From NCBI GenBank assembly GCA_012295275.1, contig CM022665.1, positions 22,258,001 to 22,322,000 of the forward strand: a stretch of 64,000 nucleotides of DNA, given 5' to 3'. The position numbers were made by a program, and so were the translations under genes. The notes beneath the pieces were generated by a model. That model was not told the origin of the DNA. It searched no databases and saw only the letters and a list, made by a program, of their open reading frames with translations. This document shows, in pieces, positions 1-14,399 of the stretch. The first letter of the stretch is position 1. The number at the start of each line of letters is the position of its first letter. Source of the DNA: Chrysomallon squamiferum. Its lineage: Eukaryota > Animalia > Mollusca.

Positions 1-39
1 CCTCTATATCTTTCCTTATCTGTTTACTTATTTATTTAT

Positions 40-142
40 TATCCTCTTCATTATCATCATCATCAGTTAATTTATTTATGATCTTCTTCATTATTATCAT
101 CATCAATTAAATTATTTGTTATCTTCTTCATTATCATCATAT
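40..142. repeat. About 3 copies of a ~40-bp unit (atcttcttcattatcatcatca...ttaatttattt)
   Basis: Units start at about 41, 81 and 121. Confidence 0.7.
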
Positions 143-1247
143 TTATTTATTTGTTTATTTATTATTGTTGCTGTTTCTGGAACGATTTTATCATCTTTTT
201 GTTCTGAGATATGATTTTTCAATAAGATTTTAAAATTATTAGAATTTCAACAACCCGAAAAAAAAAAACCCACAAAACCACAGCTAATTTAACGTTTCTT
301 TTCACTATCGACGCTTCAACATCATCTTCTTCTCGTTGTATCTTCCTCCATCGGGTTCGGTCGCTCCAGTTCATTTTTGTGACGGTATCTCGGTACAAAC
401 GAATAAGATAAGCCCGTGTAATTTAGTAGTCATAAACTAACGGCTGGGGTGATAGAGTAATAAACAAGCCAGATATGTACATATAGGAGGGGATATCCCG
501 CGTGTCAGGGAGATACCTACTTGATCTACTGTGCTGTGGTGTCTGCTTCTAACATACGTTGTTTTATACAGTCCGTCTTCACCCCAATGTATTACGTGAC
601 ATCTGTCTTTTTTATCTCCCCATCTTTTTCTTTTCTTTTTTTTTTTTTTCTTGTCGTTCTTCTATTTTTCTTCAATTTCTTTTCTCTTCTTCTATTTTTT
701 TTTTTTCTTTTCAGTTTTTTTTTTTTTTATCCTTTTTTTAACTTTTTATTTATTTATTTATTTATATTTCACATTTTTTTATCGTGGTAATGGATATATC
801 TGGTATCCTAATCAGTCAAAAGCATGCTGTTATCAAAATGATGAGTTACGTTATGTTATTTGCTGCGGCTTTTGAGAATGCAGAAACTTTCAAGTTTTGA
901 AAACTGAACTATAAATCTCTCTAAAAATTAAATCAAAGAGTTTATTTTTATATACTGGTTATTCAAGAAATGAATTTTAATTGTTTTGTTTGTCTTGCTG
1001 CTTGCTGTGAAAATTTGTAAGAAAACGCTCTCAGACATGCACTCGCCATCTCTCACTCTGTCTGTCTTCCTTCCCCTCATTCTTCTTTTCTCTTCTTTCT
1101 CTCTCTCCGTCGCTCTTTTTCTCACTGTATCTGTCACACATATAAAAACAAACATTCAGTTTCTTTCTTTCACTTTTTCTAAAACCATTTGAATTTTATA
1201 TATATTTGTCTTATTGTGCATGTTAATATTTCCATTTACCTTTTCTT

Positions 1248-1282
<35 letters not shown>

Positions 1283-4200
1283 ATTTTATTTTATTTTATT
1301 TTATTTTATTACATTTTTATTTTTTACTTTTTTCTGGCTTAACCTTTAGAAAAACTAAGTCAATGAAATGACGTTATCAAATATTCTGAAAGTGGAGAAG
1401 ATACATATAATTATAATAAGCACTTTGAGTATATATTAACTAAATAAAACATTTGGCTGAAGAAAAAAAATTTCCTCTAAATTAATCACTTTTTGTTCGA
1501 ATAATTCTGCTGGTTTATGTGCGAATACATGTATTTCTACTCATACTATTTCCATTTTATTCCTGTATGTTGCAGACTGCATCTTCATATCAGTTCTGTA
1601 TAAATTCCTTTTCATTTGGTTTCCACCTGTTGTTCACCTTAGATTCAGATTTCAGATTTTACCAGTTATATACATAATATTAAATCATAATTCATTTCGT
1701 TTCTTATATATTGCAGATTCAGTTCTGTTCTGTATTAATTCAATACATAATCCTACAACATTAACGCTGTCATATAAAGCAAATCAGACCTTATTTTATA
1801 ATGCTAATCATTTTCCAGGCAGTCAGGATTAACTTTGTTCTCGTTTTAGATTCATTTAACATCTTCTCCGTCCATAAAACCTACTATCTATCCATAGCGT
1901 GTTATAACTTTCACGTGTTATGTCAACAAAGACATTTTTCTTACCTCACAGCAATAACTTGCTTGCTTCAGGGCTGGGTGAGACATTCCTCAGGGCAGAT
2001 TCAACCCCCGCGGGAGGCGGGATATGATACCCACCTCAATAAAACCCAGCGGTGAGAAAACGAAGGGCTGTTAAGTGGTTTGTATGACAAGACTCTAATT
2101 GAAGTTGTTATTAACGTAGTACTCAGTCTGATATACTTGTAAAATAATTAGCACGACGTTGACTAATGGTTAAACTGAATGTCTGAGCGATTATTGAAAT
2201 AATATTATCTACACTCTAAGTAAAATGTATTACACTGTGTAGCTTTAAATACAGAGACAAGAATATTACAGTAAGTCTAATTACGACAAGATGATCTTCT
2301 AGCGAAAAATATAATGATAAATATCTTTAGGTTGTTACTTTTTTTTGAATTAAGGAAAAAAATATATAAAAATAATAATGAGAATAAAATAGAAAGAATT
2401 ATTTTTGTTGCAATTTGTTTTTGATACTGAATTCGTATTTATTTTATAGAAATTATTTGTTGAGTCACAGTAATAATATGTATGGAACAGGAGGTATACG
2501 AGTTTCTGAGTTTGCAGAAATTTATTTTCATTTTCTCTCCATTTGACAAATGGTTTATTCATCAGCATTTATCAAGTGTTTCCTAAAGAAAATTAACTTA
2601 GTTATTTGTTATATTATATTTAATTTGCTGGTTATAAAATATAAATAATATACATTATAACGTTTATCCAGTTCTCGAATTGTGTTATTATATGCTATTT
2701 TGTTTATTATTAATTGCTTTAGATATTTTCTTTTATATTGTAATGAATCCAAGATTTCAGAAAAGACATCATAATCACTGCATTTAAAGATTAAAGATTT
2801 TTCTTTTCTTATGAAGTTTTATATATTTATCTTCAACTTTTTTCTCTCTGTAATGAATATTCATATTAAAAATAATTATATTTATCGTTATTTATTAATT
2901 AATGTGTCTAAAAATCTTATATAATACATTTCAAAGATGAGCGATTAGCTTATTACAGAACGTTTATTTGTTTTACTTTACTAATATAATTATATCCATT
3001 GTCATTACATGGAATCATTAGAAAAATCTTTCCTGTTCAAGTCTCTTTTATTTCAATTAAATTAATTTCTCGGTAACAATCGGATACACCTGTTGTCGAC
3101 TCGTTTCAGTTCGCTGAACGTGCACAGGTCACTGGAGACGAATCAATGGCGGCCACCTGCCTGCAGACGACACAGTCAGAGCGAGGGATCACAGAACATC
3201 CGGGCACTCTTGTAACCCCTCGACGCATATTTGTCGAGGAGATCACTTCCATTAAGATGCCGACAAGTGATTCCTGATTGACGTCGTAGACTTACTGTTA
3301 CTTACAAACTGCCAATAAAGAGATAAAGTTCTGTCTGACAAATGTGATACATCCGTTTTTTAACCCACGCCCGCGGTAAGGTAATTCTAAAACGGGGCTT
3401 GCGAGTATCAAGTAATAGATTTTTCACAGATCACCTTTTTGATACTAGCGTACTGTAATGTGATACAAATATAATAATTAGGTTTCTGAGCATGACATAT
3501 TTCATCACAATGTCTTTGCTGCAAGTATAATTTAATTATGGTTATCTAGATTTAAAATCCCTTTTGTAGTGGGATGAACTCAACCCACATATTAAAATGA
3601 GTTATACAAATGTCGGTCGACTGCCGACTCTGTTTTTACCATCTTTTTATTAGAATGAAATTATAATTAAAACTACGTTTGTCATATAACCTAGTTCAAA
3701 AATAGCCTTGAAAAAATTAATTTTAATTTAAACTAAGCCTTCATTAATTTTCAGTGATTAAATTCACAATAATTTTTGGATTTAGAGAAAATAAGAATCC
3801 AAAGCATAGCAAAAATACTGATGGCATTATTAAAATACTATCCAGAGAATTCTGAAATGGACTTTACACTACATTTTTAATTTCAAGTGCCCAAAATATC
3901 GGTCAAACAAAATAATGTTATGTATTCTCGTATCTCTTAATTATATGTAATTCACGTTTTTGTTTCATTATTACTATTATTACTGTCATTTGAATGATTT
4001 TTTTTTTTTTTTTTTTTAATGAAAAGACATATGTAACATTACCTCCCTGAAAGTAACTGATAAATATAAATTATTTCATCATGCCTACCTAATGTTTCTC
4101 TGGACTATTTAAAAAATACCGATGAAAACCACAAACCTGAGCTAACCAGTGATGTGTCGTTGACAGATGATGAAGGCGATGAAGTCAACTTTTCATCTCT

Positions 4201-4549
4201 GGGCTGTGTAATTTTAACCCTGCATTTGTCAGCTGACCTCTGTATTCGACATATTTAACCGTATTATGTGAATATTTGAGGGTTTTTCAATTTGTCGATT
4301 TGTCGGCTCAGTTAAAATCTTCTAGAAACATTCCTGAATGATTGTTTTATGTTAAATTAATTGATTTAAATGTAATTTAGACTATAGTACATAATTTTTA
4401 ACCTCCTGAAAAATATTTTTATATTTAAATCATGTTATACTAATAAATTATCATGTTAATAATTTTGACATGGAAATGAATTTTTTTCCCCATTCCATAC
4501 ATTGCTCTGAAAACTGTTTATCAAAAGCAATGGTACATTGCTCAGTCAG

Positions 4550-4552
<3 letters not shown>

Positions 4553-4635
<83 letters not shown>
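4553..4635. repeat. (CT)n microsatellite
   Basis: Perfect dinucleotide run. Confidence 0.98.
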
Positions 4636-4638
<3 letters not shown>

Positions 4639-5769
4639 TTAACTCTAAATTTTCCCTTCTTTCTTCGGTTTCTTTTCCCTTCATATATTCTCGATTTTCC
4701 TTGCAGAGACGAATTGATATTGCTTTTTCAGAACTCATGAGCAATTGGCTTACTTCGACAAAATCTATTTCTTATGCCTAGAGAAGACATACTTCATTAA
4801 ATAAAAAACTGTTTGCTGACACTCGTACATGTAGATAAATTGCAGCTCTGCATAACAGATAAAGGTTCAAACTATGCAGATGAATTATCCAAAAGAAAAA
4901 TGTTTTCCCATACTTGACAATGCTAAACTTATAAAAACCTCAAACATTTTTCATTTTAGTCTAACTTTATACAAGAATTATGTATTCATGCTTGTACATA
5001 TGTATTTGTGGACGTATTTCAGTGATGGAACTAGGGGCACGCTGAAATCCGTTAGGCTGAGGTTGGGAAGGAGAGGGTTAGACGCTGTAAGTCCCTCCGT
5101 GAACATTTTCTTTTAATTTGAATATACAATTTGATAGCAGAAAAAGTACTGACGTATCTATTCTCTGCATTAATTCGGCATAATTTCTTATTCATTAAGG
5201 TCATATGAAAAAATATTAATTAATTAAGGAAAGATTACGTGTTTGATTTTTGATCAGATATCTTAATATATGTGTTGTTTGTGAGAGCTCATTAAACTAT
5301 GCAAGTATAACTCTAGAAAATAAACAAATTACTAGAAACCTAACAACTGCTAGCTAATAAACGACTCTGATTCTAGACTAGTTCAGAAACTGGACAACAG
5401 TTAAAACTATCGACATAGGGGACCACAACCGCCCTCCTTTCCATTTCCATAAATGATGTACTTTGTAGTGTAAAAATGCACATTACACTCTGTCACTCTA
5501 ATCTCTATTTGTCTGTGTCTCTGTCTGTTTCTCTCTCTCCCCTGCCATTTTTTATGTAAGTACAGAAACCAAGCACGTATGACAATGCAACTTAAACCTA
5601 TAACACCACCATCTTCAGAATATTTTTTTATCTTTAAGGATTTTACATGATACATCCATATACAAAAACAGCTATATTTTATTCTCAAATTACTGTAGAG
5701 TTCTATTTATATTTTGTTATGCCAATGCAAACAAAAATAAAGAAAATAATTTCGCATGCAGACGTCAAC

Positions 5770-6110
5770 ACTGACAAAAAAAAAATAGAAATAAAAATAA
5801 AAATAAAGAAAGGTATTACTCCACTATAGACAAAAACAAAAGAAAGTATCACTCCAGTATCAACAACAAGAAAATAATTCCTCGAAACCAGACAAAAATA
5901 AATTACTTCAATACAGTCAAAATTAAAGAAAAGAATTACTCATATTGTTTCCAAGACAGGCATAAAAAAGAAAGAATTACTCATGATGTAGCTAATACAG
6001 ACAGAAATACAGAATTATTCGTGCTAACGCACACAGAAATAACGAAAAGAAGTACTTGTGCTGTAGCCGGTACAGACAAAAATAAAGAAAGGAATTACTC
6101 GTGCTGTAAA
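5770..6110. repeat. Degenerate minisatellite, ~30-45-bp unit (gacaaaaataaagaaagaattactc...)
   Basis: Recurrent 'gacaaaaa...gaaa(g)aattactc' core with variants. Confidence 0.7.
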
Positions 6111-7811
6111 TCACTTTGGCATTCTGGGATCACATGCGATAGAACGTGTTGTTTGTTTACTCGCTGTAATACACCGTTACTTGGTTGATTGCCCATAATA
6201 CTTGCCACTAGCCTCTCTGTCGTGAGTCGCAAACCAGTCTGGGATTATGAAGCGGATACATCAACAAACGATCCTTTGATCTCTATCACGGTTTCGAATC
6301 CATGCAAAACATATCAGTTTCCGTGTTTGACAGATATGGCCCAAATGTGCATTAAAGTGAAACAAATGATGAGAACACAACGGCAATGAGCAAAACAATT
6401 ACAACGCAAACGGCAGAACGAAACCATGTGAATATCCGTTCTAATGGCTTAGAGAAAAAGCAGAACGACGGTGTTTAAATACGACGCTTTTGCTTTAGAT
6501 CACTAGAGAATGTTTTACTGCGGGCTGATTGCTACTGTGAACAAAAAATAATGATCAGCGGTTTATTGATGAGAACAGAAAACAAATCAGGAATAATCTC
6601 ACGCTTTCTTAGTCAACTGCTTTAAGTGTTTGATTCGACAAATTCAGAATAATAATTATAATGTAGCAGTAAAGAATTACTTGTATGACATACTGGTTTA
6701 ATATTAGTCAAATCAGTTTAAAAATCTGAAACAGTTCGGGTGTATGTTTAAAGCTTTGTTATAAACTTAGAAACTGTTACAAAAAAAACAAAACAAAAAA
6801 GAACCTTTTTTCATGAATAAATTCATGTTTAAAATATTAATAATAAGTTGTAATTTGTTAATTATTTATTGAACTGATAAAAATAAGCAGTACAAACCCC
6901 CCACACCCACACACACACAGAAGACACAGATACAGATCAACATGTTCAACTTTAATTGTATCTGTTTGTTTATCTCTCATTCATTCTTCCCTGTTTGTAT
7001 CGTTCTATCTGCCTTTTCATTCTTGCACTCTTTTTCTCTATCTCTCATTTCTTTCTTTCTTTGTAACTTGCTCTGTTATTCAGTAATAAAGACAGCAATT
7101 CAAAATACATTTATTACGCTGCCAAAATCAAAATAGTGTCTTACAAAACACTGGGACAATCAGTTTCCCTTTAACTCGTTTATATCATCAAACAACGTCT
7201 CCGAACCTCACAGTCCGAAACACTTTTCATGTCAGTAATTGATCAAGTATGGAGTATTTCTACTGCACGTAACACTAAAGTGAATGCAGATTCCGGAATG
7301 GAACATAAACTCGGAAAAGGTCCCGAGAGAGAAAGACGAAAGCCGAATGAGCGGTTTCGAGATCGTGTTGGCGATGGTGGTTTTCTCATCAGCAGAAGCA
7401 AGCGGTCACATCACAGGCAAATAAACAGCTCATTTTCACATGTCTCAAGACTTAAGTTGAACAAACCGAAACCAGATCAGTCCACACGTTTTCGTCAAAC
7501 GTATATTTCCATCACTAACCAATTACGCTACGCAAGTCATCACCAGTTTGATGGATTTGAGGAAAGTGAAGCGGAAAAATGTTCTAAAAAAAAAAAAAAA
7601 AAAAAATGTTCAAAGTTTATTCCTTAACTGAGAAACGAATAAACCTTTTGGATATCTGTGTTGAATACAAATTCGTTTTTCAAAATGTATTTAATTTTGT
7701 AAATTTCTAAAATTTGTATTTGTTCCATATTTTGCTTCTTTTTTTTTAAATTTACTTTATTTTATTATTATTTTCATTTTATTTATTTTTTTTTTTTTTT
7801 ATTTATTAATA

Positions 7812-7861
<50 letters not shown>

Positions 7862-7948
7862 TGAACTTCTTTAAAATATATTTTTTATTAAAACAATAAT
7901 ATTATTTGATATATGTGGCTCACTTCTCTATAATTGTAATGTGTTTGT

Positions 7949-7949
<1 letters not shown>

Positions 7950-8038
<89 letters not shown>
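7950..8038. repeat. (AG)n microsatellite
   Basis: Perfect dinucleotide run. Confidence 0.98.
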
Positions 8039-8040
<2 letters not shown>

Positions 8041-9924
8041 TACTTTGTTTGTCTGTACCTATCTGCTAACATTTCAATCGCAGTACACAGGATGACAATA
8101 TTTTATTTCAACGATTTTTTAAAATTAATTCATAGCTATAACTGACTTCTTATAACACCAATAAAACTTTTTCTGTTCTCAGAAACTAGTTCGATCAAAT
8201 GAAATAAATTACATACGTTTTGCAAATCTGTTATCATTTGATACCTCAGTCTGAATAGAGTTTTTGACATTGTTTATTTAATATCTTTAACAGCTGACAA
8301 CTGCCTTGTTAATTAACATTTTTTAATTTCTTTATTGTGTTCACATTTTATTATTATTATCACTATTATTATTATTATTAATATAATAATTATTATTATT
8401 TTAAAATTATTAGTAGTACTTTTTTTTCCAATCTTTTTCTGATAAGATCTTTTCATCTTATTTTGAAAATGAAAAGCAAGTAAAATAACTTATATTCACA
8501 TTAACAGTCAACCGTGAAGTTGACCATGGCTCATTAACGGAGGGAAAGCGTTCAGTTGTTTTTAGATTCGTTTTAAGCATAACACAAACGTTCCTCACCT
8601 AATTAATCAGTCTTGAAGAAATAAAATAAAAAATAAAAACTAACAGTCTCCTGTACAACAATAATACAAACAGCAACATCAGCAGCTACAGCAACAACAA
8701 CGACGACGACAACGATGATGATGATGATGACAATAATATTAAAATGATATTGATAATCTTGATAAAAACAACAAAAATAATACTATAACAACAAAAACAA
8801 ATAATAATATTAATAATAATAATAATAATAAATATTTGCTTAAAATTATTTTTATTGTATTGTTAATATTCATTGTTGTTACTGTTGACGTTGTGGCTGC
8901 TGCTATTGTTTCTAAATGTCTTAATTTTATTTATTTATTTATTTATTATCCAGTTATTTAATAATTTTATAAATTTTATTTTATTTAGTTAATTTATTTA
9001 ATCATTGTTCTTTAAACCAATATAAATATAAATATTTGATTTAAAAAAAACAACAAAAAAACCCCCAACATTTTCTCCGTGATTTTCTTTGTTTTTTCCA
9101 CAACAAAACAAAGAAATATATATATATATATAAAAGAAACGTGTAAAAGAAAGCACCCCAGAACCTTGTCAATCAAAACACACGTTCAAACCAAAAAATA
9201 CGGTAACGACAAACGCTATTTTAATTCTATATTTTTTCTCTCACGACATACATAAATAAACCTCAAACTAACACAAACCAAGAACGTTTGTACTGAACCA
9301 TGTAATTTGTTACATCTTCTTTTCTAAATTAAGGTTGCCGTGTACTTAGCTGTTTCTTTTTCCTTAACATAATAATAATAATAATAATAATAATAATCCC
9401 TAATAACCATATTATCTTAAGTTAAAATTCTGAACTCTTAACTCTTGTAAATCATCGTGTTTTCTCAAAGTTCTCTCGGTACATACACGTGAAGTTCGTA
9501 TCGGAGAAATCCAGTGTTTGTTTTTCTGAAAGAGAAAATTGATAGAAATTGCATGAAGTACACACGATACATGATCTGTATGCATACTTCCAGACAAAGT
9601 GTTTGTTTCCAAAAGCCAGCGAATTCGGGGCAGTTTCCACTGACAGACGAAGGGATGATGAGAAAAACATACTCCTTTCTTCTGGAGCGCTTGAAAAATA
9701 CTGTACTAGGGGGAAAAAGCGGCAGACTGTGGGTCGTACCGTGGTACGCGGGGTCGTTATGGAAAAGTGGAATTTGAAACGATTTCGTTTGAAACCTGTT
9801 ACAGTAATATGTGAAATAGAGAAAGAGAGTGGTAAAAAAGAATGTTGTGAAAGTTGAAATTATGTTGATATATCAACAGTTCTAGCTGAAGTAAATTTTC
9901 ATGATATACAGAATAAAACGAGTA

Positions 9925-9955
<31 letters not shown>

Positions 9956-10290
9956 AGAAAAAATTCCTAAGAAAAACATACTTTGCATTATTTCGGTATA
10001 TCTGGGAAAAGATAAAATGATATTTTTGTGTATACAAATGATCATTACATCAGTATTTACTTTATTCTGTATCATATCAAAAAGTGATTACTTTCTTTGC
10101 GAACCAAAAAAAAAAAAAAGGGACTTTAGAAAACACGTTTGTACGAAATAACGTAAAGAAAATCAAAAGCTTGTAAACTATCAGTTTACAAATAAGAAAA
10201 AAGAAAAAAGAAAACAGTTATTAAATTATTTAATTATAGTGAAAAGAAATATTAAAATTATCACTCAGTTTATTTTACAGCATTATGAAA

Positions 10291-10377
<87 letters not shown>

Positions 10378-10451
10378 TCGTAGTCTCTATTTGTCTTTGA
10401 TGCATATCCATGCTGCATAGTTCCTCATACACCCATAGCAACAGCCAAACA

Positions 10452-10489
<38 letters not shown>

Positions 10490-11561
10490 TAAACACAAAA
10501 ACACCATAAATTGCCAGAAAACTCTATTATACATATAAAAAAATTAAAAATAAAATGACTTTTTGAAAAAAAAGCAAAAAAAAACCCCCCAAAAACAAGC
10601 AGAATACACAAACACACATTGCCAGCGACTTTCCTTCTTTTATAAGTCACCGACTTAGTTACTAATTTACTTACTCATTTTACAGAAATACGCAAAAACA
10701 AACATATTTAAAACTCCAGCCTATGAGTTACAGCACATTGCTTATCGCGTCATATCAAATGGTAGACGTTTAAGAATTTATGTCACAAACTCTCCTATGA
10801 TCTAATAGATACATGTGTGTTCTACAAGATTAGATTAACCAAGGAGGCCTAAAAACAAAGGCACTGCGCATGATATGATTCGGTCTCGCGCCTGTAGGCA
10901 GTCAGGGCAGTGCAAACTCCTTCAATTTTCATTATTTTATCAGTAAGACGCGCAGATTGGGTAATCTTGCATCCGCAATAAAAATTGGAGACGGGACTAA
11001 TTCGAAACAGCACACGGCGGAGGGTCTCGTCTCTCGAGCAGAGGTGAAGACAGCCTGCCTGGAGGCGGAGTAATACGTCCAAGTTCGTCAGATGTTACTT
11101 CTAAATAATCTCCAGTAGTAGATATCTTGTGGGCTTGTTTTAGAGAAATAAAAACACACCATGGGGTAAACACATAAAAACATCAGTGTCTTGTTCTGTG
11201 TTAGCGTGTTGAGCATGGAATTAAATTAATTGATGAATTTATCCAACAAAAAAAAAAAAAAAAAAAATAATAATAATAATAATAATAATAAAAATTTAAA
11301 AAATTAAAAATAAAAAATAAAAATGAGTTAAGAAAGTTAAGATGAATTCGTAAATTAGGATAAAATGAAGGTAAAATGAAAGTTCCAAATTGGTAATAAT
11401 TATATGTATTATGAAAGTTTCAGAAGTTTCAAGGAAAATTTATCTTTTACCGAGTAAGCGAAAATTTTCAGCTTATGTTTGTTAAAGGTGAAAGGAAACT
11501 AATTTTAAAAATTAAATTTAAAAAAAAAAACAATTTTTGAATTAAAAATATCGATAATGAC

Positions 11562-11610
<49 letters not shown>

Positions 11611-12057
11611 GTGATAATAACAAAAAAACAAAAACAAAAAACAACTAAGACTGATAAGAAAAAACGCTAAAAGAATTTGTGATATTTGTACTTTGAGTTC
11701 AGACAGAAATTTAAATTATTTGCTCTTATTGTTCTAAAATTTCTTATTGTTTTAACTTAAATGAAAACGGAACTTTAGACTTACATGTAGCCGCCATGGA
11801 ATCAGTTAAAAAACAGCAGCATGCATTGTTTCCAATGGCAACCAGTAATTATTGCTGTTGCAAACAAGTTGATTAACCTACTTTCAGTGTTTTCATCCGA
11901 GTTCTAAAACTGAACTTCTTAATTTAGTTTAGTGATTACGTTTTGTAAAAACACTTGCGAGAAAGCATGTTGTTTATACACTAATTCAACTTATATAATA
12001 AACAAAAACAAATAAACAAGCTAATGTTTGAAAAACAATTTTATTATCACAGTTTGA

Positions 12058-12093
<36 letters not shown>

Positions 12094-12225
12094 AATATGC
12101 TTTTGAAATTATTAAATACTTTGATTTTCGATATTACTACTTTGTCCCTACACAGTTTGATCAAAACAAAATTTTCGAATATTACTTAAATTATTAAAGT
12201 TGTTTTCAGACTATTTTCATAAGAG

Positions 12226-12291
<66 letters not shown>

Positions 12292-12559
12292 AGTTGAAGA
12301 AGTAGAAATATAAGAAGATAACGATTATGATGTTGAGCATCCACAGTTTCACTTTTTGTTATGATGTATTTTCCTCAGCCAACCAGAATTGCTAAAGATC
12401 CATGCTACTTAAATAATGCAGTTCGTGTTATCTAATATTAGTAATAATGTTTTTCCCATCTTGTAAAAAAAAAAGTCATAATTTATTTACAACGCCGACA
12501 TTAACCTTACATAACAATAAATAAGTACATGAACGTTATTTCTAAAAGGTTTTGCATAG

Positions 12560-12632
<73 letters not shown>

Positions 12633-14188
12633 AATAATGTGTAGTTTTAAAATTCCCATGAATAGATCAGAGTCACAAAACAACAGTATATGAACTTTTG
12701 TAAAGTATTCCATGTAGGCATTCTTAAACCCTTTCACAACATTTATGTCTTACATAATGTTCAGTTTCATTCGTTTTCGTTATTTCGGGCAAGAGAAACA
12801 AAAATCTGACAAGTGCAGTATGTTTTGGAAGATGTCAGAGGAGAAAATAACTTTTTTTTATTTTTTTTTATTTTTTATATGTCACATTACCAAGTTGTTT
12901 TAACAAAATATGTAAATTCTGTGCAACCTATCAATATGGTTTTTTTATACACTAACATATTCAAATTATGCAGTCATCTTAATGATGAAAGTATTAACAA
13001 TAATGCCATTGTTATGTTATTAATGTTGATGACGAGAAACGATAGTAATTATTATTATGATAATTATTATTGTTGTTGTTATTGTTATTGTTGTTCTTAT
13101 TATTATTTCTCCTGTTGTTGTTAATGTTTTTATTGTTGTATTATATTACTTTTTATTATTTTTATTTTTGTTACTCAACGTATTACGTTTTTTGCTGTTG
13201 TTGCTGTTGTTGTTTTTTTTTTGCTTTTTAAAAATTTTGTTTTTTATTTGTTCTTCCCTCTTCTCTTCTTTCATTCATCATTTATTCATTCATCAGTGTG
13301 TTTGTTTGAAGGTGATTTCACATACATACCGATATACACAAACGATTTTCTTTTCTTCTCTTTTAAAACTTCATTAACTTTGTCACTGTAACAGTAATCA
13401 TCTGCTATCAATTCATTATCTATAATTAGGTTTAATTAATGGAAAGCCATTACCGGTGATTACAGAAACGTGTTCCTGTGTTAAAATGCTTAAACAGTTA
13501 ACCTTTCTAAAACATAATACCTGTCTCCACCCATAAAATAGATGTTTCTTTTGCAACAGTTTATGTGTACAGATAATGCAGTGTCTATAAACTGTGGGTT
13601 ATAATATATTATCTATATTTTATTAGTTTATAACATTAAATCACTAGTATTGAAACATTATTAATAAAGATAAATTAATTTCAGTGTTAGTTATTTAATA
13701 TCTTTGTTTATATAATATTATTAAAGTAAATAATAATAATAATAGTAATAATAATAATAAACAACTTATTAATTTATATGCTAATAATAAATACATCTGG
13801 TTTTTTTTATCATAGTATTTTTAATTTCTAGAGTGTGAAAAATATTTTTGGAAGGTTCTTTTATTTGTACTAGTGATGTTCAAAAACTGAAACAAATAAA
13901 AAAAGATAATAATATTAATAAACAAATAAAATAAAATAAAACCGAAATATACCTAGTAAATAAAACAACAACAAAATATAAATATTAAATGCTCATAAAT
14001 AAATACGTTCATTGACACATCCAAAACATACAACGCGCGCGCACAAACACGCAGACACACACGCACACATACACACACGCACACATACACGCACACACAC
14101 ACACACACACATACAAATCCTTAGACTTAATCCCAAGAACTGTTGAAAGAAAACAAACAAGGGCAGAATTAATGCAATTATAACACAA

Positions 14189-14194
14189 TTTATT
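14189..14194 (-). terminator. Candidate Pax1/9 polyadenylation signal AATAAA
   Basis: AATAAA on the minus strand about 1.3 kb past the stop, followed by U-rich and (GT)n downstream sequence. Alternatives exist at 15116-15121 and 14389-14394, and the hexamer is common in such AT-rich DNA. Confidence 0.35.
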
Positions 14195-14399
14195 CCATCT
14201 TACATGATACATGCAAATAAAAACATTACAGTATTATGTACCGGTATGTGTACAAAATCATCAACACTTTCTTCGTAGCGCTGATATCTTCAGATACCTT
14301 TCATAATAAAACCATTTCTTCAGTGACTGCTGAACACTGCTTAATACTGTAACTATATATTTAAAAACACATCATAAATAATTTTCTGTTTATTTCAAA

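Noticed and set aside
5020-5445. G-rich patch and C-rich patch suggestive of MITE termini
   Set aside because: Could not align convincing terminal inverted repeats or a target-site duplication.
7229-7627. 132-aa plus-strand ORF in a CpG-rich island
   Set aside because: No recognisable family, ends in a poly-A-derived Lys run, and has no supporting gene structure.
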